A stretch of DNA of 64,000 nt from NCBI GenBank assembly GCA_965603825.1, contig CBFDEM010000038.1, positions 1 to 64,000 of the forward strand. Direction: 5' to 3'. The DNA is from Blepharisma stoltei ATCC 30299 (taxonomy: Eukaryota; Protista; Ciliophora). The notes beneath the pieces were generated by a model. It saw nothing but the letters and a program-made list of their open reading frames with translations, was not told the DNA's origin and ran no database searches. Every line of letters starts with the position of its first letter. Position 1 is the stretch's first letter. The position numbers and the translations under genes were made by a program. Of the stretch, positions 25,131 through 36,049 are shown one piece after another.

Positions 25131-26320
25131 AGCTCTTTGCAAGTTCCCTCAAAATCTAAAAGCCTATCTTTGACTTGGCCTGCAATTGTGTACAAATTAT
25201 CCGTTAAGTAATGCAATGCTTCTGCTGTCTTTATCACTTTCTATAAAGAATTCATTCCAGTTTAAGAGGAATAGTCAATGATTTCTGTGTCCACTAGTAC
25301 TTGCCTTTGACTGCATTATATCGCGCTATAAGAATTTCGCCGGCATTTCTCATTTGCTGAGAGTCTTCATCTCATGAGAGTTCCAGCAGCTTACAAGTTA
25401 TATTATTGAATTTGTTTATAAGATCTTTATAGTCGATTGCAGCAGAAATTGAGTCATCTAGCCCGTAAATCTGAATTAAGTTATGAATTGCAACTGTAAT
25501 GAGGAAAGTTCCTCTCGCCAAAGATATTCTTAATGGATTTAAAGATATATATTGAGCCCTAAAATGATGGGTTGCTTCTAAAGACAAAATGTATGGCTCT
25601 TTAGAAATTGATGGAGATAAGCCTCATTCTTTTATTAATTTTTATTGATTAGCTGATTGATAGAACTTGCACCCATTCAATATGTTTCGTTAATTCATTC
25701 AGCGGGATTTTTTTTAAATGCTCTTCGATTAAGCTAGATCTATTGCAATCCCTACAGTTCAAAGACAATTATGATATCAAGCGAATTAAAGGTCTTTCAT
25801 TAGGCACATCTAATGTTTCATTAATGAGCTCAGAAACAAGTAAAGTTCCTTTTGATTTCACGGACATCAGCACTGAGAATTTTTCGAAAGTTGCAAGACC
25901 CATTGACTCTAAAATGCTGTCAGGAATTGCTTTAAGTAATTTTTCTGCTTCGAGTTTTCATGGCTCAATTTCATCTTTTAGAGCTTTGCTCTCTCTTTTA
26001 GCTCTTCAATTTCTTTTTGTATGATTTGTATTTACTTGATTCAGATGATATCAGAATTTTTCTTGTTCTTGTCTTCTACATCTTCTTTCTTTTTGAGCTG
26101 TTCTTTTGCTTTATTCTCAGCAATTTGCTTTTTTTCTAGGATTTTGCTTTAGCTTTTTCTCTTATTAGTTTTAATGCTGAGTCTTCGACTTCTTCAGTTT
26201 TTTCTTCTGCTTCTTCGTCAGGATTCTTTTTGGTTTTTCGAATTCCATTTCCGATAAAGCAGTCACAGCTCTTTTGCTCTCTTTTTCTTCTTCTTTATGG
26301 GTTTTACTTGATTTATTCGT
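25130..26320 (-). pseudogene. K/E-rich protein fragment, possibly TFIIS-central/SPOC-type
   Basis: K/E-rich coding-like DNA on the minus strand followed by globular fragments (ORF 25372-25587). The family call is tentative. Confidence 0.3.
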
Positions 26321-26331
26321 AAAAAACTACC

Positions 26332-26639
26332 ATGCTTGAGGTTGGCTTCAAAATATTTAACTCCATTAACACCCGAATCAGGAAAAGAAACAAAAACGAA
26401 AAGAATGGGGAAGAGCAAGAGTTTCAGAGAAATCAAGCTCTTGAAGATATGGGGATTACCACTGATGAAAGAGAAATGGAAAGAAGAAAGAAATTCTCAA
26501 GAAGGAGACCTTATTATAAAGATATGGGCATCAGCTTTATGAATAAAAGGAATAGAGTTTACAATGTGAAGCTCCAAAGACATTTCAAAGACCATGCCCG
26601 GAGCTGAAAGGAAATTTGAAAATAGGAACAGCTTTATAA
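26332..26639 (+). pseudogene. SYF2: SYF2 splicing factor C-terminal fragment
   Basis: RRKKFSRRR...ISFMNKRNRVYNVKLQRHF, then after a frameshift ELKGNLKIGTAL*. This matches the SYF2 terminus (INERN..FNKKL..LERGTAL). Confidence 0.75.
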
Positions 26640-26821
26640 TGCTTATTATAGCCTTTCAAACGCAATTTTGCCTATAAGGACAATTTTTCTGATCGTTCTT
26701 AATCAAAAGCAATCATCCTTTTAATCTAATTGATAAATAATTAATTTCAAAGCTAAATATTGATTTCAAAATTGTGGTCTTTAATGGAATATAGTAATTT
26801 CGATCGATAATCATATTAGCG

Positions 26822-29240
26822 ATGGAGATTTTTCCTGAAGAGTTAACAAAAGTTTTTACAGTTAAGGATCACTTGAATGGTGGATCTTATGGAACGATCT
26901 ATAAAGCCATAAAGAAAAGTAATTTTTATTTCAGGCAATGGAAAAATGTATGCAATAAAGGCTGTAGCCAGAGCTAACACAGAGCCAAGCTGGAATGGCA
27001 TTGAAGTTGATGTGCAACCGTCAAGCTGGAAGGATATTGAAACTGAGATGCAAGTGCTCTCATGGGCCAATCCATATAAGCTTCAACTAGACTCCTTTTT
27101 TGTTAAAGGCGACACTTTCTTCATGGTCATGGATTATTGCCGAAATGGCGACCTTCTTAAAGCCATAGTTGATAAGATTCATGCCCATGAAATGTTTGAA
27201 GAAGACGAAATCTGAAAATATTTTATCCAGATCAGCTTTGGGCTCGAGTCTTTGCACTATAACGGATTTATCCATCGAGATCTTCATCTACAAAATATCC
27301 TTTTAGATGAAAATAGAGATATTAAAATAGCTGATTTTGGCATTTCTCGCTATTTACAGTCAAATGCAAATAATGGAGTTAAGGCTTACTGGTCTCCTAG
27401 GACTCATAGTGGAGGTCTTCAGGCTAAAGAAAGCGATGTTTGGGCAGTCGGCTGCATTTTATATTATCTCTGCAACCTTGAGCATCCTTTTGGCAAAAAT
27501 AAGAATAAAATAAAATATGAGCCTCATAAGCCGATAAGAAGTGAATACTCGAATGATTTGAGGTATTTCGTTGATCGGTGCCTACAAAAGCAGCGAGAAG
27601 ATAGGCCAACAATAGTTGATATCTTAACTCATGAGTTTATAGTCAACAAAACACTAAGCTTAGGCATTACAATTCCACAAACATCTGCTATGAATGAAGC
27701 TATTCATAAAAAGGAAATTGAGTCGCTTAGAGCAGAAAATGCTCGCTTAAAGGTAATAAATGAAAATAAAAAGAGCGAGAAAGACCTCAAAGACAGGAAT
27801 GACGACCTGCTTAATTCTCAAAGAAATAAGATTCCTCAAGATCATATCAAAAATAATGAAGCAGAAAAAGCCCAAAAGATCCAAGAGCTAAGAGAGAAGA
27901 GATCTGAAATTTTAAATAGACCAAATGACCCAGAATTAGAGCAAGACTTTAGGAGAATCTGCTCAAAGTTCAGTACTGATATCTATGCTGATGACCCAAC
28001 TCTTCAGCAAGCTTACCAAGATTATACTAATGCTTATCGCCAAAAAACATCTCTTTATAAAATTATAAAGGATTATGAGAATAGGACTAATTTGATTATT
28101 TATGATACAGAAAATGATAGTGAGGAAGTCAGAATAGTAGAGACTCCGGAACCACTAGATTTTGGCACTTGTATTGCTCAGCTTCCTAATGGTAATTTAT
28201 TTTGCTTTGGTAATAGCCAACATTCTGGAGTTTCATTGATAATTGATGAGAATTATAAAGTTCGGGAGCTGCCATCTGGAACTCCTTGCGTTAACTCATC
28301 AGCTATCTATTTCAATAATAGTGTTTATTGCTTTGGAGGAAATTATAATTATGAAGATTTAACTCTATCAGAGAGATTTGATTTAAATGAAAACCGATGA
28401 ATTAAATTAGAGCCACTGCCAGAAGCTGATGAGAATTGCACTAGTGTAATATTTAACGGGAATATTGTGATTTCTGGATTTAATGAAAATCTTTTGAGGT
28501 ATTCAATTGGTAACAACACTTTCGCAGCAATTCCTTATGATTTTGAAGCTTATGTAGGCAAGATTCTTATAAGTACAGAGAGACTGTATTTAATTGAATA
28601 TGGTGGATCAATCTATGAAAGTGAATTGTCAAATGAAACTGTCTGGAGACGAATTGGAGACTCAATAATAGTTCTTTTTAATCAAGTTTATTTGTCACAT
28701 AGTAAAGGAAAAATAAACATCTCATTTTTTTCTATAAATGGTAGAGAATATTATTGTTTTGATTTAGATCAAAAAAACATTATTGATATCGCATTCTGTA
28801 GTGAGCATGTCTCGCTTAGAAGAGTAGGTAAAAAGATTGAAGCAAATAAATGAAATAGCCAGAATTTTAAGCTCGATTCTTCGTATCTGGATGAATGAAA
28901 TTTAAAAGGCAATACTCTGATCGATTTAGGAAAAAATCTAGAAGAAATTGAAAGATCTATCGAAGAATTAAAACTCTATCCAAACAATTATGATTCATAT
29001 CATAAAAAAGGTGACGCTTTTTATAATTTAGAAAGATATCTAGAAGCAATCGAATGCTATGACGAAGCAATCAAACTATATCCAAGTTATGCTTATTTTT
29101 ACATTGATAAAGGCAAAGCTTTTAAAAAATTAAAAAGATATCTAGAAGCAATCGAATGCTATGAGGAAGCAATCAAAGTCGATCCAGATGATGCTGATTT
29201 TTATTATACTTTATTCAAGCGATGCTGATTCTTACTATAA
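26822..29240 (+). CDS. NEK-like protein kinase - coiled coil - Kelch-like propeller - TPR fusion (further TPRs continue out of frame to 29649)
   Basis: ATG 26822 and a 16-nt intron at 26919-26934, then one frame with TGA=Trp. Motifs GGSYG, YAIK, EIWKYFIQI, HRDLHLQN, DFG and SDVWAVGC, then Kelch blades and TPRs. TAA at 29238 follows a TPR-unit deletion near 29208. Confidence 0.88.
26919..26934 (+). other. 16-nt spliceosomal intron GTAATTTTTATTTCAG
   Basis: Removal joins ...YKAIKK-S-NGKMYAIK in frame across kinase subdomains I-II. Introns of 15-16 nt are characteristic of heterotrichs. Confidence 0.92.
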
Positions 29241-29500
29241 TAAAGGGGATGCTTTAAATAAATTAGGAAGATACCAAGAAGCAGTAGAAAGCTATGATGA
29301 AGCAATCAGATGCAATCGATATAATTCCAAGTTATATAATGGTAAAGGCAATACTCTTTATGCTTTAGAGAGATATCAAGAAGCAATGAAATGCTATGAC
29401 GAGGCAATCGAACTTCAACCCAATAATCCTTTGTATTTCTGCAACCGGGCTAGAGTATTTAATAATCTCAGACAAGAAGAAGCAGCTTTGCAGGACTTTA
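28980..29500 (+). repeat. TPR-coding tandem repeat, 102-bp period
   Basis: aaagatatctagaagcaatcgaatgctatga(c/g)gaagcaatcaaa occurs at 29032 and 29134. Further diverged units run to ~29500. Confidence 0.85.
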
Positions 29501-29689
29501 ATAGGGCTTATAATTGGAATCAAGAATTATATAGTCGTGGTTTCACTGAGGATAAATGGGAAAGGTTGCTTTCTAAAAAAGAGATCAAATTTATTAACGA
29601 AGTATTAGGCCGAGACCGTATTGAACTACACCAAAAAATGCAGATTTAGAATAAAATTAGGTTTTAATAAGCCGTCATTATAATAATTA

Positions 29690-30110
29690 TATATGTATGC
29701 CGGTGCACTTCTCCTTTAACTTTATGCTGTGAACTACACTTCGGGAGACATTTAAGCTTACTGGTAAGGCTCATGCCATTGAGAGAATTTTGTAGAGCCG
29801 TTTAAAGGGACAAAAGAAGCACTTCCTAGATTTTTTACTAAAGAGTAGTCAAAAAATAATAAGACGAAGGGAAAAATATCAAGTTTCAAATTGAGCTAAT
29901 CCTCTATTTCAGTAATAGTCTGGACATTTTGGCTGATTTTAATTGCATTGCTATAATATTTTAGTGCTTCTCCATATCCCTTTTCCTTTAAAAGATATTT
30001 CCTATATCATTGTATGCATTAGATTGCTCTATTGGCTTCTTTAGATTTGAATTGATCCTAATTTCAATGTTCAAATATTCTACTGCTTTTTCATATCTCT
30101 CTATAATCAA
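29690..30110. pseudogene. Degraded Zn-finger N-terminus (+, 29690-29880) abutting an inverted TPR fragment (-, 29880-30110)
   Basis: tgcacttctcct...tgctgtgaact...aaagggacaaaagaag matches 13499-13616. The minus strand reads RYEKAVEY...NAYNDIGNI. Confidence 0.6.
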
Positions 30111-30126
30111 TTTTCACAATTAATAA

Positions 30127-31209
30127 ATGGAACTTAAAAATTGAGATCAAGCCATCTTACTTAAATCAGCTAGGGAAGATCTCGATAACGAAACAAAAAT
30201 TGGCAATGCCAAGTCCAATCAAGATGCTAATCAATTAAATCCTCAAGAGTTAAATGGTAAATTTTCAAAGATCTTAAGCGGTGTCAATAATACAGAAATC
30301 GAACAAGATTTTAGGAAAACTTGCTCACTATATGAGAAACAAAATTATGAATCTGATATATTACTAAACAGGGCTTATCATGATTTTATCAGCTCTTATC
30401 ATCATATCTCATCCCTTTATCTCGTTCAAAGGGGAGATGATATCGATACTGATTTGATCATTTATGACACTGAAACTGAAACTGAGAAAACGATAGTCTT
30501 GGATTCTCCAAATCAACTAACAGCGAATGTATGCCTCATTCAACTTCCGAATGGCGAATTATTCTGTTTGAGTAATCTTTATTTAGCCCCTAGTAGTGCT
30601 CTGATAATTGGCATGACTTTTAAAACTCGAGTGTTGCCATCTGGAGCATTCAGGTATTATTCATCAGCTATATATTTCAATGGAAGTGTCTACTGCTTTG
30701 GAGGATATGATAATGTCAAAATTTTAAACTTTTCTTGCAGATTTTGCTTAGATGAAAACCGGTGAATTAAAATAACCCCAATGCTGATAGCTGATGCATG
30801 GTGCCATAGCGCTATATATAAAGGGAATATTTTGATTTCTGGATATAGATTTACACATATTTTAATATACTCACCTGAAATTGATTCTTTCTCTATAATT
30901 CCTTATGATTTTAAAGAATATAAGCGCAAGATCTTGATAAATTCAGAGAGACTATATTTAATTGAAGACAGAGACTGAGAAAGTTATGGATTTATTTATG
31001 AAAGTGAGATTGGAGATGAGTATACCTGGAAATGAGTAGGAGAATCAGTAGTTAGATATGCATATGATCAGGTATATTGCTCATATAATAAAGGAAGTAT
31101 TTATATTGGTTGCTTGGAGGCTGGGAATCCTGAAAAATTCTACTATAAATTTAATTTAAAAGAAAAAGTAATGATTGAGCTTAAAGAGGCTCAGGCTGAT
31201 GCTACTTAA
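30127..31209 (+). CDS. Intact stand-alone Kelch-like propeller protein (360 aa)
   Basis: ATG 30127 to TAA 31209 is open with TGA=Trp. It has the linker EIEQDFRKTC and blades QLPNGELFC, YCFGG and RLYLIE. Confidence 0.85.
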
Positions 31210-31329
31210 AGATTTGATTAAAGTCGTCGCAATAAAATTCTCACAAATTTTGATTAAATAATTTTAAGTCCATAAATTTCTGCCAATTATAATCCCTAAT
31301 TCTCATATTACTTAATATTCAATGATTTC

Positions 31330-32220
31330 TCTTAGCCAAGATCCTGCAAATAAAATATTTTTTCAAGATCTTTCAGCAAAAAGTATCTGCAATTTGAAGC
31401 AGAGCTAATGACCCAGAAACAGAGAAAGATTTCAGAAAAACTTGCTTATGATATGAAAGCCAAAGGTCTACTTCTAATCTTTCATTAAAACAAGCTTATG
31501 AAGAATATCTTAGTGCTTATCATCAAATCACTTCTATTTACAATATTTGAAATGATACCAGCAGAACTTATTTGTTTATTTACGACTCAGAAAGCGAAAG
31601 AAAAAGCACAAAAGCACAAAATCACTGGATTCATCAATTTCATTAGACCACGGTAGCTGCATTGCTCTACTTCCAAATGGAAAATTATTCTGTTTTGGTA
31701 GGCATCATCTGCATTCAGGGATCACTTTTATAATTGATAAAAATTATAAAGCTAAACGATTACAATCTGTAGCACCTTGCTGCTTCTTATCAGCTATTTG
31801 TTTCGACAAAAATATTTATTGCTTTGGAGGATTAGATATTAATAGCATCAGTATGGCTCTATCTTATAGATTCGATCTAAGTGTCAATCGATGAATTGAG
31901 CTAGTCAAAATGCCTCAAGCTGACTGTCATACCAAAATATTTAATAGGAATATTTTGATTTCTGGGTATTATAATCAGCACATTCTTATGTACTTGATTC
32001 CTTTTTAGTAATCCCATATGAATTTTCGTTTTGTAAAACAAAGATCATTATAAATGCAGAGAGATTGTATTTGTTTGAGGGCGGAATAGAAGGGAAAATC
32101 TATGAGAGTGAAATAGAAGATGAATATAATTGAAATCTGGTAAAAAAATTATTGAAATGCTGGTTTTAGTGATGCCTAAATTTATTATTTATATAATAAA
32201 GGTTGAATATATATATTAAA
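31330..32220 (+). pseudogene. Kelch-like propeller family pseudogene
   Basis: aatgacccagaa...gatttcagaaaaacttgc linker, LPNGKLFCFG, YCFGG and RFDLSVNRW, with frameshifts. Confidence 0.8.
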
Positions 32221-33479
32221 ATAAAATACGTTATTGTCAAGCTATTTTTTAAAATTTTACACAACATTAAAGTTATCTTTTATTTTTTAATCTTACATAA
32301 TATTTTTACTTTTTGAAATGAATATTTTAATAAAATTTCCGAATTTTTTATATTTTCAGTCAAAAAAATTCAAAATTTAGCAAACTCCAAGTCCTTGGCA
32401 AGGGAGTTGAAAAATCGCAAAACCACCTATTTCAAATTTAGTTTAAATCAAAAGGTTCTTCTAAGGCTAATATAATTTAAATTAAGTTTCTATTACTCTA
32501 CTCTTACTATAAATTATTGCTGAATTCTTTATAAATTATCAGATTTCCTCTGACAGGAATTCCCTTTTATTTGAGCTAAAAGAAGCTCGATAAATTATCT
32601 ATATAAAATAAAGGCAAAATATATAAAGCAATGAGTCTTGAGCTTATCTTCATAGAAGAAATTTGATGGGATCATTAAGTATTGATTTTCAAAATGATCA
32701 AAATACGAATTCCATTAATTTCTAAAATATCAAGACTTATAAAAATTTTATTTTTCAGCTGCATTTTCCATTAATCAGGGTATTTGCTCATATTTTTTCC
32801 TTCCTTTATAAATAATATGTAAATATTAATGTAATTTTACATTTTGAATATTTAAGCAAATTATCAAATTAATAATAGAATAAATTAATACTTTAAAATA
32901 ATCAGCAGAGATTTGACGATTTTCAATTTTTTCTTTTTAACGAAAATTGATAATAGCCAAATTAATCGTTCCCTTTTGCATTAGAATTTTCAATTACCCC
33001 AAAAAATAACGAGTTTTTATGATAGTGTGGCAATAAGCATTAAAGTACTTAAAAATGCTCCCTGAAATTTTACCCCAAAAATACTCATCATTAGCTCCAC
33101 TTTCTTAAATGCACCCTTCAACTGGTTAAATTAAATAAACTCTTGAATTCCGGCAAGTAATATTTTTACACAATGTATATGAGATCAATAGGAATTGCTA
33201 ACAAAAAACAGCTCACCTTTAGGTGGCTGGCCTAAACATGATCTGTGAGAAAAATGCTCTCGTTTATTTATGAGTTTTCTTGTTTTAAATTTAGAATTTA
33301 CATTCAAAGTGGCCAGTGCTGTTTATTTTCAATATGCCCATTTCTTGTATGCAGATTGCAGCTTTCTATGATAGCTTTTTCAGACAAAACTTCCCTTCAA
33401 TTTTCATTATGTTTAATATTATTTTATACTCTTAAATTCTGTGAAATAGAAATTTATTCTTTAACTAATTCTAGACAAT

Positions 33480-35240
33480 CCTGATATGTCTTCCAAAATG
33501 GAATTTTTTCTTCAAGCTGCTTCATCACATTTAAGCATAATTCTTCTCGATAAGGCGGTGCCATAACTTGGACACAAAGAGGCAGTCCTTTGCTGTCCTG
33601 CATGTTCTTATTCATAACTTTGGTCCAGTGTTCTTCAGTTTCTGGGTAAAATTCTTCATTTTCATTGACTACCCCTACAGGGACATTTCCTGCTGGACAT
33701 CTAATAGATTGAAAAATGCAGAGTATATAAAGCCTGAGTATAATTCTTGGAAAGAGCCATGAAGTATCGCTGGGACTGGGTATGGGCCTATAATTACGTC
33801 AATTCCAAGGTCTATCCATTTCTTTATAAATTCATTTTTTATTTGATAAGATTTTTAACATAGTCATACGCAGATTTCAAACAGCTTCCTTTAGCGTAAA
33901 ATGTCTCTTTATTTTTGGTGAAATTCTTTTTCAGCTGTGCAAGCCAAGATTTTCCAGCTTGGAATTTTTGTTTAAAGAGATCTGGCTCTCCTATTTCTTT
34001 TGAATCTGAATTTTCAATATACTGACTAAGAGCTCATTACAAGTATTCAAATCAAGGAGGTCGATTTTGATAAGCTCATGGTCTTCCAAGGCATTCTTTG
34101 CTAAGATCATAGCCCTTTGCATGCAAGATGGTAGCGGCCAATATTCATTGCTTTCTATATATCCAATCTTAAGCTTTCTTTTTCTCTGTATTTTTCCTCA
34201 TTCCAAAATATAGGTGGAGTCAAAAGATCTTTTTTGAAAACATATTCGCTACAAAGCACCTGGAAAAATAACGCTAAATCTTCAGTGGATTTCGCCATTG
34301 GTCCATATGCGCCAGACAGTACTGGAAAAGGGTTCAAAGATTGATTTGGACAAAACTTAGAAATTCTTCCTGCAGTCGGCTTAATACCAGATAGCCCACA
34401 AAATGCTGAAGGAATTCTTATACTCCCATACAGCTCAGAGCCAATCCCTAATGCACAGCATCCACTAGCAATCAAGCCTACATCTCCACCACTAGACCCA
34501 CCTGGTGTCCTATAAGACCTCAATGGATTTTCAGCTTGTCCTGTAGCCCAATTATTAGTTTCAAAAGTTCCTAGCCCTTAAGGTACAGTTCCAGTCACAT
34601 AAAATACTGCCCCTCCTCTCCGTAGTGCGTCAATTATTAAGTAGTCTTCGTTTTGTAAATTATAACTGAGCATTGTAAAGCCTCTTGTAGCTGGGAAATT
34701 TTTGACCTGAATCATATCTTTTACACTAATGGGGATCCCATGGAATGGTCCTCGCTTATGGCCTGACTTAAGCTCTTCATCTAAAGCCCTTGCACAAGCT
34801 AAAGCTTCATCAATATTGACTGCATTCATTAGATTTCTTGAAATTGCATGAGTTTTTAGACGATTAAGGTAGGTGATTAATAATTCTTCGCAGGAAAAAT
34901 CGCCATTGTAGAGACTTTCACGTAATTAGTGGATATTTGAGGAGAGAATTTTTGAGACTTTTTCTCTGAGACTTTTGGCAGCTTTGAGATAGAGGATAGG
35001 GCAGCTTTCGTGGAGTTGTATTTATTCTGGGCCTTCTTGATTTGTGAAGGGTTGTTGCAAGAAAGCTTTCGGTGCTTAATGTGAGAGGCTGGGAAAAGGG
35101 TTATTGCGGCAATTACGGAAAGAAGCAGAGCTTTTTGCTTTGGGGAAATTTCTTGATTAAGCAATTTTTTAACTAAGCCAATGATATTCTTTGTAATATT
35201 AAAGAAAAAGGAAATTTGTAAGTTAGAAAAATAAATCATA
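33480..35240 (-). pseudogene. Amidase-signature (FAAH-like) enzyme pseudogene
   Basis: GPFHGIPISVKD, RTPGGSSGG, GSIRIPSAFCGLSGIKPT and GLPLCVQV. In-frame TAA at 34578-34580 plus frameshifts. Confidence 0.9.
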
Positions 35241-35599
35241 AAAGCTAAATTGCTGTTTTTGTTTACAAAGTATAAGTTTTATATTTTAATTTTAATTTTA
35301 ATTAGTTAAAAAGCCTTATGATAAATTTCTTTATAATTTTTGAGATTTTTATATAATTCATATGCCATCTCATATTCCGCTATTTTAATAAAATCCAAAA
35401 ATCACAGAAATCTGATAGACGATCGTGCTAATTGTAAGCGGATTTATACACCCAGCCGTGAATTGATTTTTGATCTTCAAATTTAAAATAATTGAAATCA
35501 AGCAAATGCCCTTTAACTGATCGACAAAATTCTAAAAAATCAGTCCGGTCTCAATGCTTATCTATGTATTGTTGTGCTTTTTCCTTTGGTTGAGTTAAA

Positions 35600-35958
35600 A
35601 AATAATCATAAGGACTTAAAAAGAGCTTCATCTCAACAAATGGTTTTCTAAAATAGCGCATTAAGATACTATTGCAGCCATCCAAAGCTTAACTTGTTAA
35701 TTTTAGTTCCTCCTGGTATTTTTTATTATCCTCATTTTGTATGCTTTCTTTAATTAATATATCAATTCGGGCAATAAATTCCTTCTTTAATGTGCAGACA
35801 AAACTGAATAAGATCTCTTTGGATTCTTCGTTGATTGGTGGCTTTCTTCGTTTTACCTGATGCCCTTGAGCTTTATGCTTTGGGCATGCTTTAAACTGAC
35901 CACAATCAGATATAAAGATTGCGTCTAAGAGGCAATATGAGCAGCAAATTATTGACAT
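35600..35958 (-). pseudogene. Short Cys/His Zn-finger (B-box-like) plus coiled-coil fragment
   Basis: MSIICCSYCLLDAIFISDCGQFKACPKH followed by a helical segment that breaks off. Confidence 0.35.
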
Positions 35959-36049
35959 GCCTTTAATTTATTTTTATATCTTTCTATCAATAAATTATGA
36001 CATTGCGGACGAATTTACCTAGAAGCAGTTGAATAAATTACTAAAAGCA

